Of a DNA stretch of 64,000 nucleotides, positions 11,910 to 23,898 are shown in pieces. The stretch covers positions 23,241,375-23,305,374 of the forward strand of contig NC_057749.1 in assembly GCF_004010195.1 (NCBI RefSeq). Reading direction: 5' to 3'. Position numbers and translations under genes: made by a program. The notes beneath the pieces were generated by a model. That model ran no database searches, was not told the origin of the DNA, and worked only from the letters and a program-made list of their open reading frames with translations. Position 1 is the stretch's first letter. Every line of letters starts with the position of its first letter. This DNA is from Chiloscyllium plagiosum (Eukaryota).

Positions 11910-13117
11910 AGGTGACAAGACAGGGCGACGAAGGTTGAACAGTGGATGTGGTGTATATGGACTCCAGCAAAGCATTTGATAAGGTTCCCCATGGTAGGCT
12001 CATTCATAAAGTCAGGAAGTATGGGATACAGGGAGATTTGGCTATCTGGGTTCAGAATTGGCTGGCTGACAGAAGACAGAGAGTGGTTGTAGATGGGAAG
12101 TATTCTGCCTGGAGGACAGTGTTGAGTGGGGTCCCGCAGGGCTCTGTTATTGGGCCTCTGCTCTTTGTTGTTTTTATAAATGACTTAGATGAAGAGATTG
12201 AGGGGTGGGTTAGTAAATTTACAGATGACACTAAGGTTGGAGGAGTCGTCAATAGTATCGAGTGCTATTGCAGGCTGCAGTGCAACATAGACAGGACGCA
12301 GAGCTGGGCTGAGAAATGACAGATGGAGTTCAACCTGGATAAATGCGAAGTGATGCATTTTGGAAGGTTGAACTCGAATGCTGAAAATAGGATTAAAGAC
12401 AGGATTCTTGGCAATGTGGAGGAACAAAGGGATCTGGGTGTGCAAGTACATAGATCCCTCAAAGTTGCCACCCAAGTGGATAGGGTAGTTAAGAAAGCAT
12501 GTGGTATTTTGTCTTTGGGGGATTGAGTTTAAGAGCCGCAAGGTTTTGCTACAGCTCTACAAGTCCCTGGTGAGACCACACTTGGAATATTGTGTTCAGT
12601 TCTGGTCGCCCTACTATAGGAAAGATACAGAGGCTTTGGAGAGGGTGCAAAGAAGGTTTACCAGGATGCTGCCTGGACTGGAAGGCTTGCCTTATGAAGA
12701 GAGGTTGAACAGGCTCAGGCTTTTCTCTCTGGAGAGAAGGAGGAAAAGAGGAGACCTGATAGAGGTATACAGAATAATGACAGGAATAAATAGGGTCAAT
12801 AGCCAGAGATCTTTCCTAGGGCAGGATTGTCTGGTACAAGGGGTCTTGTTTGGAGATATTAGGAGAAAGGTATAGATGAGACATCAGAGGTAGGTTCTTT
12901 ATGCAGAGAGTTGTGAATGCATGGAATGTGTTTCCAGTGGTGGTGGTGGAGTCATTGGGGACATTTAAGTGACTGCTGGACATGCACACGGATAGCCATG
13001 AGTTGAGGGGTGTGTAGGTTAAGTTATTATATTTTACATTAGGATTAAACCTCGGCACAACATCGTGGGCCAAAGGGCCTGTTCTGTGCTGCACTTTTCT
13101 ATGTTCTATGTTCTATG
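11910..13117 (+). mobile_element. CR1/HER1 LINE, 5'-truncated RT pseudogene
   Basis: RT motifs DSSKAFDKVPH, SGVPQGSVIGPLLF, KFTDDTK; RPHLEYCVQFWSP; stops and frameshifts; (TTCTATG)n tail. Confidence 0.95.
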
Positions 13118-13419
13118 TAGAAACAGATGTAGGCCACTCAGCCCATTGAGACTGCTGTACACCACACCCGCCATATCCATGGCTGATCTGATAATCCTCA
13201 AATCCAGTTTCCTGCCTCCTCCCCACCACTTTTGATTCCCTCATTGATTAAAATATCTGTCTCTCTCGGCCTTGGATACACTAAACACCCCAGCCTCGAT
13301 AGTCCTCTGGATCAAAACAGTTCCACAGAAGCATGACCTTCTGAGAAGAAATTCCACCTCATGTCTGTAGGGGGTGCTGTTCAGTGGCTGCAACTGAGAT
13401 GTTTTTTTATTTTAAGACA

Positions 13420-13555
13420 AGTCATAGAGTCATAGAGATGTACAGCATGGAAACAGACCCTTCGGTCCAACCCGTCCATGCCGACCAGATTCCCAGCCCA
13501 ATCTAGTCCCACCAGCCAGCACCTGGTCCATATCCCTCCAAACCCTTCCTATTCA
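13420..13555 (-). mobile_element. CR1/HER1 3' tail
   Basis: CATAGAGTCATAGAG terminal repeat; KGLEGYGPGAG peptide. Confidence 0.8.
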
Positions 13556-14688
13556 GAACAATGTGTAAATAAATCACTGTGTGAATGGGCCAACCAAACA
13601 GCAACTTCAGGGGCAAGCGGGAGCTCTTGTGGCACGGTGGTAGTGCCCCCATCTCTGAGCCAGGAGGCTTCGGTTCAAGTCCCACCTGCTCCAAGGTGTG
13701 TCAGAACATTTCTGAGCAGAATTTCTTTTTGTAAAAATGGAAGTATAAACATGAGTATATGGATCAATGTAAGTAGTTCTAATGCAGAAATACTGTCCTC
13801 TTCTTGGCCCTTGGTTCAGTGGGTGAACAATGTAAAAAAAATTGAGCCTCATTGCTTTATATTCTGAATAATTGATGGAGATTTTTAAAAATAATGATTT
13901 TAAAAAGCTTCCTTTCAATTTTTCCTTTATCTTTCTGCATCTGATTTGACTCCCAACTCACCCATTTTCCTCCATTGCGTTTTATATTTCCCTCAAACCA
14001 ACTGGTTCTCAGATGTCATTGTACACTTCTGGCTATGGTGACACTTTACTCAGGCCTTCCGAGCCTAGGGGCAGTGACATAACCGTGGCACCACAAGAAG
14101 ACCATCCCACTTTGGCCTTAATCCTCACTTAATTGATTAAGGAAATAGAATGTGGGTCCTTTCATTCATTGAGGTTGCAGATACCCTGCAACATTTCCAA
14201 CTTCCAGCAGGTTACAGTACAAATTGCAAACAGTTTTAGTCTCCTTACTAAGACAGATACTTGACACTGAGGGAGTGCAATGGAAGTTAGGATTCTGTGA
14301 GGAGAGATTGTCTAGAGTTTAGAGGAATGACAGGTCATTTCAATGGAGTTTACACAATTCTTACTTGACAGGATAGATACAGAAAGGATCTTTCATCTAG
14401 CTGGAGGATCTAGAATCAGGGAGCATCAGTCTTAGAATAAGGTTAGGCCATTTATAACAACAATTTGTTTTTCTCAGAGGATGGTGAATTTGGAATTCTT
14501 CGTCCTACAGGTCTGAGCAAACTCAGTCAGTGATTATGTTCAAGACACAGATAAGTAAATTTCTAAAGATTAAAGACAACAACGGAGATAAGGATAGTTC
14601 ATTGAGTTAGAACATTAGCCATGGCAGACTTGGGGTCTGCTCCCTGCTCCTATAAGCTATTTGGAGGAATGCACTGTAATATAGGGTG

Positions 14689-15095
14689 AAGGTCAATGAC
14701 AGTCTCTATTCTGTCAGCGTGTTTGTGACCATCTTCTCTCAGTCACCTCACACTCTCTCTGTCTCTGCTCCTGTGTCCACCTCCCACCAACGCTCATGCT
14801 CTACCATTTTCACTATTTCCTGCAATATCTCCCCTCACTCTCTGCCATCCACACCAACCCCTGACACCACTGACCTGCATGCCCTCTGAGTTGCCTACTC
14901 ACTCACTCGGGACACTTCCCCGCCTGCAGCAACACCAACAGCTGAGTCACCCATTTCCACCTCCCTTCATATGCATCTCTCTCATTCCAGGAGGAAAACA
15001 GCCCCCGGCAGGGCAGAGAGAGAGTCAGGACGGGTGGTGGGCTGACCGATATTTAGCTCCTCACCCCTGCATGTGGAGGGGATCCTAACCCTAAC
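14689..15095 (+). pseudogene. Probable PIF/Harbinger Myb/SANT-like gene relic with intron
   Basis: KVNDSLYSVS then GT at 14719; CTCTCTCATTCCAG acceptor ending 14990; then EENSPRQGRERVRTGGGLTDI*LLTP, resembling the xNDL and RERxxTGGG motifs of Harbinger Myb/SANT proteins. Confidence 0.5.
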
Positions 15096-15299
15096 TCCCC
15101 CGAGCAGCGGACTGACAGTGTCCAAGCCCCTCGACTGGGTATCGGAGGCTGCCCTTGACTTACTGTGCCAGGACCCCCTGAGTGAAAGTTATCCCCCTCT
15201 GTGTATGTTGGCCAGGTTTCTCAGCGGCCTGTGGTGGGTTTTGGCTTAGCGTGTGAGTGGGTCCTTCATGAGAAGATGGGAGGACCTACAGCTTCAGCA

Positions 15300-15660
15300 G
15301 CAGTGACGGTATCTCAGCAGCAGCATCGAGAACAGATGACTGAGATCTCCCGGAGACTGAGATAAACAGAAGCCTCATCAAAGATTGTTGAACTTTTAAC
15401 TTATTCCTTTATCCTCCTAGTTTAAATTAAGAAAGACATTATTGTTAACAATTATCTTATTTCTTTATTTTTCTACTTATTCCATGAAGTAATGTTTAAC
15501 TTCTTAACTCTGTTTCTCTTACTATTTTGTACCTAAGTTTTTTTGTACCTAGGTACTTTGGTACCCAAGATGGTGCCAGGTATGGTGACATTATACTTTT
15601 CACTGTACTCCGGTACTTCTGTGCTTAAGTACAGGTGACAATAAAATCTAAATAAATAAA
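15300..15660 (+). mobile_element. Non-coding element with a Rex-Babar-like 3' tail
   Basis: ACTTTTCACTGTAC...GTGACAATAAA tail shared with 34807-34870 (-), 49110-49220 (+) and 53636-53730 (-). Confidence 0.55.
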
Positions 15661-15825
15661 CAAAATCAAAACACTGCGGATGCTGTAAACCTGACATAAA
15701 TACAGAGAGTGCTAGAGAAATGCAAAAGGTGTAGCAGCATCTGTGGAGAGAGGAACAGAGTTAATGTTTTAAGTCCAGTGACACTATTCTTCAGAAGTGA
15801 ATTGTCATGACTTGAAACATTAAGC
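15661..15825 (-). mobile_element. PLE terminal-repeat remnant, family C
   Basis: GCAGCATCTGTGGAGAGAGGAACAGAGTTAATGTTT..CTTCAG, a decayed hammerhead plus tail on the minus strand. Confidence 0.6.
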
Positions 15826-15939
15826 CTATCACCCTCTCTGACTTCAATGTCATGAATTCTCAGCTATCTAGTTTGCTCACAGTGGGTGCTGAGACAGAAA
15901 ACTGCACATTATTAATAGTAAGGTCACTAAAATTAGAAG

Positions 15940-16808
15940 TGTAGTGGACAGTGAAAGTTACCTCAGATTACAACAGGATCTTGATCAGATGGGCCAATGG
16001 GCTGAGAAGTGACAGATGGAGTTTAATTCAGATAAATGCGAGGTGCTGCATTTTGAGAAAGCAAATCTTAGCAGGAGTTATAGGGAATGTTGCTGAACAA
16101 AGAGACCTGGGAGTGCAGGTTCATAGCTCCTTGAAAGTGGAGTCGCAGGTAGATAGGATGGTGAAGAAGGCATTTGGTATGCTTTCATTTATTGGTCAGA
16201 GTATTGAGTACAGGAGTTGGGAGGTCATGTTGCAGCTATACAGCATAATAGTTAGGCCACTTTTGGAATATTGCATGCAATTCTGGTCTCCTTCCTATCA
16301 GAAAGATGTTGTGAAACTTGAAAGGGTTCAGAAAAGATTTACAAGGATGTTGCCAGGGTTGGAGGATTTGAGCTATAGGGAGAGGCTGAACAGGCTGGGG
16401 CTGTTTTCCCTGGAGCGTCTGAGGCTGAGGGGTGATCTTATAGAGGTTTACAAAATTATGAGGAGCATGATAGGGTAAATAGACAAAGTATTTGCCCTGG
16501 GGTGGGGTCGTCCAGAATTAGAGGGCATAGGTTTAGGGTGAGAGGGAAAAGATATAAAAGAGACCTAAGGGACAACTTTTTCACACAGAGGGTGGTACGT
16601 GTATGGAATGAGCTGCCAGAGGATGTGGTGGAGGCTGGTACAATTGCAACATTTAAAAGACATCTGGGTGGGTATATGAATAGGAAGGGTTTGGAGGGAT
16701 ATGGACCGGGTGCTGGCAGGTGGGACTAGATTGGGTTAGGATATCTGGTCGGCACGGATGGGTTGAACTGAAGAGTCTGTTTCCATGCTGTATATCTGTA
16801 TGACTCTA
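15940..16808 (+). mobile_element. CR1/HER1 LINE 3' part
   Basis: EQRDLGVQVHSSLKV, RPLLEYCMQFWSP, VVRVWNELPE; GACTCTA end. Confidence 0.95.
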
Positions 16809-17367
16809 AGGAGCAATAATTTCCCCTTTAATGTACAACTTGCTGCTCTCTAGTGAGAATCTCACCCGGAAATTCCAGAACTTAGTTAAAAGATGCAGTG
16901 AGTTGTTCCCAACGCAAGTTAGATCCTACCAGAATTCTCACAAGTCTTCACCACGTTCTCCACCATAGCCCACGTTGTTCAGGCCTCAATATGATTTTGC
17001 CCTCTGCTCCAGAGTGCTGAAAGTTGACAGATAAAATCTACCTGATGATTATACCCCATTGTTTCTAATCAATCACACATTTTCTAAAATTGGAACAGGG
17101 AAATTATGGAGAGCCTCTGTCAGTGTCAGTGCAGATCCTTAAATTCCAGATAAAGCAGCTGTACCCATAGATCATTTGTAGTACTTCCTGAACAATAATT
17201 ATCACAGTCTGTCATAATCCCACAATTTTCAAATGTCTTCTATCCCTGGGAATAATTTTCCAAAAATACCACATACAAAATACTTTCACGGTTGACAGTA
17301 AATTCTGGGCAATGAGAATAACACACTTTACAGTTTATCATGCAGTCTGTAATTTAGCTAAAATAAG

Positions 17368-17580
17368 AAATTACTGGGGGAGTCTCAGCAGGTCTGGCAG
17401 CATCTGCGGAGAGAAAGCAGAGTTAACATGTTGGGCTCAGCACTGTGCTGAAGAAAGATCACTGGACCCGAAACATTAACTCTGTTTTCTCTCTACTGAC
17501 ATTAACAGATCTGATGTGTTTCTCAAACAATTTCTGATTTTGTTTCTGATTTCCAGCATCCTCAGTTTTTTGGGGTTTTT
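17368..17580. mobile_element. Fold-back PLE terminal-repeat pair, family C
   Basis: Minus arm 17368-17440; plus arm starts CTGAAGAAAGATCACTGGACCCGAAACATTAAC at ~17448. Confidence 0.7.
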
Positions 17581-17931
17581 ATTTTAAAAAGTACTGTGAA
17601 AGTTCAATTCTCTCAGCTGATAACTCATTCACTCACGTAGCCTGAAAGCTACAGGGAGACATTATCTTCATTTTTAAAACTTTGATATTAGTTGGATTTA
17701 AAGATGTTTTTCCATGGAGATCTATGGGCTAGATCTACTGTGCTCTGCTGACTTGCAATTTCCTTGCGTGAGAGTGCGCACACATTGAAAAATTGAGTTC
17801 CAGGGTGGCGCCATTAAATCCCAAAGCAACAGGATGTTCAAAGACGGAACGGGAGAGAGGGGAGATTACGTTGGGGGAGGGGCACAGTAGCCAGATACTG
17901 CACACCTCCAGCTAATTAACTGAAGTGCTCA

Positions 17932-18217
17932 TTCATTCATCACCAATGGTGGTCCCTCACAGATAGGGATGACTCTCTCCCACTCTCAGGGTGAGTCTGT
18001 AGGTGGCTGTACAGACCGATGGAGCTACCCCGGGCTCTGTTACACTGGGGACAGAAGGCGGTCATGGGGGGGGGCGAGTGTGGCATTGGCATGGCAGCGC
18101 ACTCCTTATGCTGATCCCCTCCGGATTCCACTTTTTCCCGATGGCGAGTCTCGAGGCATTCCTTGGATGCTCCTCCCCTGCTTTGGACGGCCTGGGGCCA
18201 GTGATACCCAGGTGCCG
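17932..18217 (-). mobile_element. RTE-clade LINE 3' end
   Basis: FCPQCNRARGSSIGLYSHLQTH, an RTE-type C-terminal zinc finger; (TGAA)n tail; GTGCTCA on both flanks (17925, 18218). Confidence 0.75.
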
Positions 18218-18466
18218 GTGCTCACTAACAGGTTTCAAGCAACACAGTCTGAAACTCTTAAACCAGAGACATGGAGAACTCACAGTATCATGGGGAGCCA
18301 TGAGGGGTCATGGAGGTATTGACCACACCTTTAAGGAATAGAGAGTTATGCTCAGCTGCTCAACATTGTGTTATCCTTTGATGCTGAGAGACTTGCATTT
18401 GCGAACCCTGAGTGTTAGGACCCCTGGCACAAGGCTGTTAGAATTATTTAGGCAGCACGGATTCAA

Positions 18467-18811
18467 AGATCATCGAATCCCTACAGTGTGGAAACAGACC
18501 CTTTGGCCCAACAAGTCCACACTGACCCTCCAAAGAGTATCCCACCCAAACCCATTCCCCATTACTCTACTTTTACCCCTGACTATAGCACCCAATCTAC
18601 ACATCTCTGAACATGATTGGCAATTTAGCATGGCCAATTCACCTGAACTTCAGATCTTTGTATTGTGGGAGGAAAACAGAGCACCCGGAGGAAACCCACG
18701 CAGAAGCGGAGAGAATGTGCAAACTCCACACAAACAGTCGCCCAAGGCTGGAATCGAACCCGTCCCTGGCAGTGTGAGGCAGCAGTACTAATCACTGAGC
18801 CACTATGCCGC
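18467..18811 (-). mobile_element. HE1-type V-SINE, full length
   Basis: Complete GGCGGCATAGTGGCTCAGTG head, core and tail. Confidence 0.9.
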
Positions 18812-18839
18812 CTAGTTGGCAGAGGAAGTCCAGTGGAAG

Positions 18840-19270
18840 TATGTCTTGTGAGGAGAGATTGGGCCAGTACTCATTGGAGGTTAGAAGAATGAGAGGTGAC
18901 CTTATTGAAACATGAAAGGTTGTCAGTGGACTTGGTTGGGCAAATGTGGAGAGGTTGTATCCCCTTGTGGGAGAGCCCTGGAGCAGACAGCATCATGTCA
19001 GCAAAAAGCACATTTAAGACAGAGATGAGGAGGAATTTCTTCACTCAGAGGAGGATTCTTTACCATAGAGGGTCGTCGAGGCTGGGATATTAGGTATATT
19101 CAAGGCTGAGAGAGAGAGATTTTTAATCCAGAAGGGAATCAAAGGTTTTGAGGATAAGGAGGGGGAAGTGGAGTTGAGGATTATCAGATCAGCCAAATAC
19201 ACTTTGAATGGTGGAGCTGACTCAATGGGCTTAATGGCCTACTTCAGTTCTTTTGGCTAATGATCTTATA
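18840..19270 (+). mobile_element. Decayed CR1 3' fragment
   Basis: FKTEMRRNFFTQR peptide; CR1-type 3' hairpin tail. Confidence 0.7.
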
Positions 19271-19904
19271 GAGGCCAGAGGAGTAGTGTAAGGGGTTGAA
19301 AGGGGAAAAAAGTGTTTCCTAAAGTATCACTATGAGTCAGCTGCCTGAGGATAATGGTGTGCTAGCACCTGAGGGACATGTACCTATCTAGGCAGATAGT
19401 CTCAGATATCTGTCCACTGTCCACCCAAGAGTTAAATGTCTCACAGCCTCCATGGCAGTCATCAACATCATGGTCACCCTGGACTGTTGTGCTTCCAGAT
19501 CATTCCAGGGATCAGTTGCGGACCTGATTGGCATTGCATAGTTGGGACATCAGGCTGGTCCTGAGTGCCCGTTTCTGGGAGGGTGAGAGAATACAGTCAT
19601 TTCAAGACAGATGCGTCAGCACAGACACAAGTGTTACTACCGATGGATTCTTTCAAGTCCAAGGGGATACCATCAACTGTATCCATGTAGGCACCAAGGC
19701 AACAACACACCATCCATGGAGTCATAGAAGTGCACCGCACAGAAAACGGTCCATCGAGTCAAACACACAATCAAATTGCATCCCTGTCTTCCTCAAAAGT
19801 GTAAAATGCTGGAAATATTTATCCAGTTATCTGTGGAGAAAGAAACAAAATTAATCATTCAGATTAGTGACCCTTCATCAATTCTGTCATCAACCTGAAA
19901 GAGA

Positions 19905-20285
19905 ATCATCGAGTCAGACATCATGGAAACAGACCCTTCAGTCCAACCATTCCGTGCCGAACATAATCCCAAACTAAACTAGTCCCACCTCCCTGCTCCT
20001 GGTCCATATCCCTCCAAATCTTTCTTATTCATGTAGCCATCCAAATGTCTTTTAACTGTTACAATTGTACCCACATCCACCACTTCCTCAGGAAGTTCAT
20101 TCCACACCCTCTGTGTAAAAACTTTATCTCATGCGTTTTTTAAAATCTCTTTCCACTCCCCATAAAAATTAGCCCCCTCGTCTTGAAATCCCCCATTCTT
20201 GGGAAAAGACAACTACTATCAACTCTATCTATACCCCTCATTATTTTATAAACTTCCATCAGATCACATCTCAACCTCCTAAGCT
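19905..20285 (-). mobile_element. CR1/HER1 3' fragment
   Basis: Reverse complement matches the 3' ends at 2850-3075 and 16500-16808. Confidence 0.85.
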
Positions 20286-20314
20286 TCGGTCTAACTCTTT
20301 ATTTTTCCTTTACA

Positions 20315-22215
20315 AAGAACAAAGAGCAAAGAAAATTCCAGCGCAGGAACAAGCCTTTTGGCCCTCCAAGCCTGTGCCGATCCAGATCCTCTATCTAAAT
20401 CTGCCGCCTATTTTCTAAGGATCTATATCCCTCTGCTCCCTGCCCATTCATGTATCTGTCTAGATACATCTTAAATGACGTTATCATTCCACCCCTACCA
20501 TCTCCACTGGCAACGCATTCCAGGCACTCACCATCCTCTGTGTAAAGAACTTTCCATGAATATCTCCCCTAAACTTTCCACCCCTCACTTTGAGCTTGTG
20601 GCTCCTAGTAATTGAATGCTCCACTCTGGGAAAAAAATTTCTTGCTATCCACCCTGTCTACACCTCTCAAGAATTTGTAGGCCTCAATCAGGTCCCCCCT
20701 CAACCTCCTTCTTTCTAATGAAAATAATCCTAATCTACTCAACCTCTCCTCATAGCTAGCACCCTCCGTACCAGGCAACATCCTGGTGAACCTCCTCTGC
20801 ACCCTCTCCAAAGTATCCACATCCTTTTGGTAATGTGGCGACCAGAACTATACGCAGTATTCCAAATGTGGCTGAACCAAACTCTTATACAACTGTAACA
20901 TGACCTTCCAACTCTTGCACTCAATACCCCTTCCGATGAAGGAAAGCATGCTGTATGCCTTCTTGACCACTCTACTGACCCACATTGCCACCTTCAGGGA
21001 ACAATGGACCTGAACACCCAGATCTCTCTGTACATCAATTTTCCCCAGGACTTTTCCATTTACTGTACAGTTCACTCTGGAATTGCATCTTCCAAAATGC
21101 ATCACCTTGCATTTGTCCGGATTGAACTCCATCTGCCATTTCTCTGCCCTACTCTTTAATCTATTTATATTCTGCTGACAGACCCCTTCGCTATCTGCTA
21201 CTCCAGCAATCTTAGTGTTATCTGCAAACGTGCTAATGAGGCAACCGACACCTTCCTCCAAATCATTTATGTATATCACAAGCAACAGTGGTCCCAGCCT
21301 GGATCCCTGTGGGACACCGCTGGTCACAGGTCTCTAATTTGAGAAGCTCCAGTCCACTACCACCTTCCGTCTCCTGTTGCCCAGTCAGTTCTCTATCCGT
21401 CTAGCTAGAACACCCTGGACCCAATGCGACCTCACCTTCTTCATCAGCCTAAGGAACCTTATCAAATGCCTTACTAAAATCTATGCATATGACATCTACA
21501 TCCCTTCCTTCATCAATCAACTTTGTGACCTCTTCAAAGAATTCTATTAGGTTTGTAAGACACGACCTTCCCTGCACAAAACCACGCTGCCTATCACTGA
21601 TAAGCCCATTTTCTTCCTATCCCTTAGTATCTTCTCCAGTAGCTTCTCTACCACTGACGTCAGGCTCACAGGTCTGTAATTACCTGGATTATCCCTGCTA
21701 TCTTTCTTAAACAGGGGGATAACATTAGCAATTCTCCAGTCCTCTGGGACCTGCCCCGCTTTCAAGGATGTTGCAAAGATATCTGTTAAGGCCCCAGCTA
21801 TTTCCTCTCTTGCTTCCCTCAGTAACATGGGATAGATCCCATCCAGACCGAGGGACTTGTTCACCTTAATACCTTATGCTGACTTGGCTTAGAGCAATCA
21901 AAGATCAATACCTAACCTCAACATCTGCCATGTCCCTCTCCTCGGTGAACACTGATGCAAAGTACTCATTAAGAATCTTACCCATTTTCTCTGACTCCAC
22001 GCATATCTTTCCTCCTTTGTCCTTGAGTGGGCCAACCCTTTCCCTAGTTACCCTCTTTCCCTTAATATATGGATAAAAGGCTTTGGGGTTTTCCTTAATC
22101 CTGCTCACCAAGGATATCTCATGCCCTCTTTTAGCCCTCTTAATTCTTTATTTCAGATTGGTTCTACATTCCCCATAGTCTTCTAAAGCTTTGTCTGTTT
22201 TCAATGTTTAGACCT
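20315..22215 (-). mobile_element. CR1 LINE ORF2 pseudogene with internal deletions
   Basis: IKENPKAFY, GLDGIYPMLL, PEDWRIANVIPLFKK..PGNYRPVSLTSV, SGVPQGS, FADNTK, LERVQRRFTRMLPG. Confidence 0.95.
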
Positions 22216-22289
22216 TAATTGATGCTGACTGATCTGATGGCTTTCTCAGACAATGCCTGTCTTTCTTTCAGGTTTTCGGCTTCTTCAGC

Positions 22290-23620
22290 ATTTTACCTTT
22301 GTTCCACTCCATTTGGTCCATAAGCGCAAAAAGCCTATGGGCCTGTGCTTGGTTTCTGGGCAGTTGCCATCAGATAGTCCCGGGTGCAGCACCTCTTCAG
22401 GCCAATATTCCGAGTCTGTAGTCAGCAGCTGAGAGAAGGTGGTTCCTGATACCTGTCAAGACTAGAGTGGTGCTGGAAAAGCACAGCCGGTCAGGCAGTG
22501 TCGAAGGAGCAGGAAAATCGACGTTTTGGGCAAAAGTCTGATGAAGGGCTCCTGCCCAAAACGTCGATTTTCCTGCTCCTCGGATGCTGCCTGACCTGCT
22601 GTGCTTTTCCAGCACCGCTCTAATCTTGACTCTAATCTCCAGAATCTGCAGTACTCACTTTCGTCTGGTTCCTAATACCTGTTCAACATTTAGCAAGGTG
22701 CCCCAACCACAGCTATCTCCCAGCAGCTCTCAGCAGAAGATTGGCACCTAGAAATCAAGCTTCCAATGCCATAGCCAGTCAGGGGGGTGCACTTCCCCTA
22801 CAAGCCACCAGTGTGCCTCATTAATATGGTTGCCTGGTCCATACTGTCCAAAACGCCCATACTGTACAAACAGACTGGAAATGGATGAAGTGGATGGGTT
22901 TGGAATGCTACACGTTTTTGGGAAAGGCCGGGGAAGGTGAAGTAGAGGCAGAGGTGTGTGAGAGGGCACCCCATGGAGGAATACCATCCAAGGCCAATTG
23001 AGGCTTCACCATGTTTGGCAGACTGGTTTGGCATCAAGGTCCCTCTGATTGGTCAACGAACAGCATTTCCAGGTCATGGCCATCTTCAGTTATTGAGTCC
23101 TGTTCCCTGCGCTCTCCTAGCACTCTCGTTGCTCACCTCCTAGCAAATTAGGCTCTATCCATATGAAAATTATGGATTGAGACCCAGGAATGATCTGGCC
23201 ATTGGATCTCAGACCGTGGAAAATCTTGTCTTTGATTTCAAGGCTCCTTTTCTAATGGTCTGGAGCATATTTGTGCTCTCTCTTGCCTTCTCCTGAAACA
23301 CAATGGCACTTATAGAGACTGGAAGGGCAGACCCAAATACTATAAGCATCTAGCTCTCACAAAAGCCACTCAGGATAGGGTTGCCTATAACATCAAGATG
23401 GATGGATACATGTGAAACCCAAGGCTGCTGAGACATTGGACGGTCAGGTTAAAGCCCTGCGACACTCAGTACACACGGCTTATCTAGCAATGGAAGATCC
23501 AGCAGCATTGGAGATGCACCTTTGTCATCAATTCCTTTTCTGGCCCTGTCAACCTGTCACACCTGTCAGTGAGCTTGAGTAAGTCATATTGCATCATGAT
23601 TTGCATTCCTGCAACCAATT
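22290..23620 (-). mobile_element. Decayed RTE-like LINE endonuclease region, split by a PLE fold-back
   Basis: VHPPDWLWHWKLDF resembles the RTE APE motif WxHPRSxHWHxLDY; no intact frame. Confidence 0.4.
22457..22665. mobile_element. Fold-back PLE mini-element, family A, with 17-bp TSD
   Basis: Perfect 28-bp inverted repeat 22505-22532/22553-22580 inside ~80-bp arms; TGGTTCCT(G/A)ATACCTGT at 22440 and 22666. Confidence 0.85.
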
Positions 23621-23644
23621 TGCAGGAGTACTATAGCAGAGATG

Positions 23645-23898
23645 GGTAGCCCAGTAGTTTGCGTTGCTGTCTCACAGCACCAGGGACCTGGGTTCAATTC
23701 TACCTTCAAGTGACTTTCTGCATTGGGTTTGTGCAATCACTGTGTGAGTTTCCGCCCACAGTCCAAAGATATGCAGGTTAGGTGGATTAGCCATGGGAGT
23801 GTACAGGGATGGGGTGGGTCTGGGTAGGATGCTCTCCAGAGGGTTGGTGCAGATCTGATGGATCAAATGGCCTCTTTCTGCACTGTAGATATTCTATA
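23645..23898 (+). mobile_element. HE1-type V-SINE, decayed
   Basis: CTCACAGCACCAGGGACCTGGGTTCAATTC head and tail. Confidence 0.75.

Noticed and set aside
18355..18385. Adjacent Sox-like (CATTGT) and TCF/LEF-like (CTTTGATG) sites
   Set aside because: Short motifs expected by chance in 64 kb; unsupported without conservation data.
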